From Rickettsiales bacterium (GTDB lineage: Bacteria; Pseudomonadota; Alphaproteobacteria; Rs-D84; CACZYB01), in the NCBI GenBank assembly GCA_031263095.1, contig JAISGI010000019.1, forward strand, positions 1 through 55,832: 55,832 nucleotides of DNA. Direction: 5' to 3'. The notes under the pieces are model-generated. The model saw nothing but the letters and a program-made list of their open reading frames with translations, did no database searches and had not been told where the DNA came from. The number at the start of each line of letters is the position of its first letter. Position 1 is the first letter of the stretch. A program made the translations under genes and the position numbers. Of this stretch, positions 54,241-55,832 are shown in pieces.

Positions 54241-55185
54241 TTAAAAGTTGTGCGCTGCATGCGCGCCCATCGAAACGGTGTATTGGAGCATGGCTCGCGA
54301 TTCGTCGCCGAATCCATATTGCAGACGGAAACGCCCGAACTCGCTCGTATTGTATTCAAGCATGGCGACATGCTCGTCCGTACGCTCGTCGGACAAAATC
54401 GCGGAATACATGTATCCGCCGCGCCAACGCTCGGCCCACTTGTACGTCGCAGCAGCATAAAATCCGCTGTCGACTTCTTGGCGCCGTACATATTCGCCGT
54501 AAAGCGAGGCCTCGGTTTCCTTGCTGTTCCCGTTTGGCGAATACGAATATTTGAAATCCGCCCCGACGAATTTTTGCTCAGGTTCAATGAACCCGAATTC
54601 ATCCTCGACTTCGCCCCTGTGATAATAGGACGCGCCAAGCCGCCAGGCATGCGCGTTTCCGCCGCCGATTCGGACGTATGCCGTAAGGTCGTTTTGCCCG
54701 AACGCTCCACCGCCAATCTCGCTGTAAAGCGCGCTCGGCAAGACTACGGAAGCCTGCACTCCGTCCGCATTAAAGAATCCCTCGGAGCCGAAATAGTCCC
54801 TCATGACAAGCGGTCGGAGCGCAAAGTCGTCCGTATGCCGGTGCTTTTCGTTCAGGTATCCGAATATCGGAAGCATGCGACCAATGCTCAAAGTCAAGCC
54901 GTTTTCAAGCGAGGTCGTACGTATGAACGCCTCCTCGATTTCCGCTGCTTCGTCGTCTTTTAGTGCCACTGTAAAGTTGCCTTTAAGGTACGGGTCTATA
55001 TCCGCGTTGATGTTCAGCTCCGACTCGCCTATAGAAAAGCCTTTCGGAATTTCGTCGTTTTCCCTGTCCGCCAAAAATCCGTTCAGGACAAGGCCTATAT
55101 TGGGGTTGAGCGGCTTGACAGTATCGGCGGCGTTGGCCCGTACGGCCGCCGCAAGCGCCAGCATGGCGCAAAGGTATTTTCGCAT
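54241..55185 (-). CDS. outer-membrane beta-barrel protein of the metal-uptake operon
   Basis: Signal peptide, NP.I..VL, E.EL....IDPY, EEAF, FGYLN..H.H, C-terminal GAHAAHNF. Confidence 0.75.
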   Translation of the reverse strand: MRKYLCAMLALAAAVRANAADTVKPLNPNIGLVLNGFLADRENDEIPKGFSIGESELNINADIDPYLKGNFTVALKDDEAAEIEEAFIRTTSLENGLTLSIGRMLPIFGYLNEKHRHTDDFALRPLVMRDYFGSEGFFNADGVQASVVLPSALYSEIGGGAFGQNDLTAYVRIGGGNAHAWRLGASYYHRGEVEDEFGFIEPEQKFVGADFKYSYSPNGNSKETEASLYGEYVRRQEVDSGFYAAATYKWAERWRGGYMYSAILSDERTDEHVAMLEYNTSEFGRFRLQYGFGDESRAMLQYTVSMGAHAAHNF

Positions 55186-55224
55186 TTCATACTCCTTGTT
55201 GCGTGATTCGATTGTAGTGTGAGG

Positions 55225-55497
55225 TCAAATCGACGCAGGCGGAGCGGTGGAAAAGTAATCGTGCGGACATCCGTCCGCGACAAAATACTCAAGCTCTATA
55301 GGGGCAAGCTCCGCCAAACGCGAAACGGGCACGGGCGCTTCGACTTCGGACGGCGCACCGGCAGCGGTATCGCTTATGAAGTGGCACAGCTCGCAGTCGT
55401 TGTGGTACGCATCGTCGTCCATATGGATATGCGCCGCCGCAGCCATCTGAACGGCCAGGAACGCTATAACGAAGAAATGTGCAAATGCTTTCCTCAT
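55225..55497 (-). CDS. small His/Cys-rich DUF2946-like leader protein
   Basis: Hydrophobic N-terminus, HIH, HNDCELCH, C-terminal STAPP; first gene of the metal-uptake operon. Confidence 0.65.
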   Translation of the reverse strand: MRKAFAHFFVIAFLAVQMAAAAHIHMDDDAYHNDCELCHFISDTAAGAPSEVEAPVPVSRLAELAPIELEYFVADGCPHDYFSTAPPASI

Positions 55498-55590
55498 GGC
55501 TTGGTATTCTAAGGCATGCCGCGCAGATTGCAATTTATTTTTTCTGGAAAATTCCTTGGCAATTTCCATTTGCTCAGGTATAATTTCATC

Positions 55591-55832
55591 ATGAAACGAG
55601 TTTTCGATATACCGCTTTCCACGCCGTTCTTGCCGACCCTGTCCCGGTTTATATTGGACAAGGGAGAATTGTCCGACCAGACCGTACTCCTGCCCACTCG
55701 CCGTGCCTGTCGCGCGTTCAAGGAGGAGCTTCTGCGCGCCTCGGGCGCCAGGGCGATTTTCCTCCCGAAAATCCTGCCGCTTGGCGATGTAGAGGAACCC
55801 GAGGATTTGCCCGATATGGACGCCGATTCGCC
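55591..55832 (+). CDS. addB: double-strand break repair protein AddB (5' part, truncated by window end)
   Basis: My translation MKRVFDIPLSTPFLPTL...VLLPTRRACRAFKE...FLPKILPLGDVEE matches the alphaproteobacterial AddB N-terminus; ATG 6 nt after TATAAT. Confidence 0.8.
   Translation, partial: MKRVFDIPLSTPFLPTLSRFILDKGELSDQTVLLPTRRACRAFKEELLRASGARAIFLPKILPLGDVEEPEDLPDMDADS

Overview
A 55.8-kb chromosomal window from a GC-rich alphaproteobacterium. The assignment rests on a permuted two-piece tmRNA, MipZ, AddB and alphaproteobacterial rpoBC/gyrA. The compact spacers, leaderless promoters and many orphan secreted genes suggest a host-associated or gut lineage (inference). Housekeeping content: lon, mipZ, ssrA, lptC-kdsD, suhB-like, M23 peptidase, sodB, gyrA, tatB/tatC, waaA, sufE, lpxK, the tRNA-Trp-secE-nusG-rplKAJL-rpoBC cluster, a Zn-type uptake operon, the start of addB, and tRNA-Gly/Lys/Trp. 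The most notable accessory locus is 15.5-20.5 kb. An Mpi-type serine DNA invertase sits among three related sites: one inverted, just upstream of a two-gene secreted-protein operon, and two direct copies inside a ~67-bp promoter-bearing repeat. This looks like an invertible-promoter phase switch. The cassette also carries a ~180-nt highly structured RNA leader and a small Cys-rich secreted protein. Other oddities: a tandem MurE-MurE fusion divergent from an atypical racemase; five C9 homopolymer tracts in promoter regions or a CDS; a candidate pseudoknotted riboswitch ahead of a non-canonical QueD/PTPS; a ~150-bp palindrome inserted in frame in a ZnuB-like permease; a tRNA-derived structured element; a REP-like repeat family; and a protist-like Cys-rich surface protein. 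No CRISPR array, prophage or transposase was seen. All calls come from reading the sequence by eye; no searches were run.
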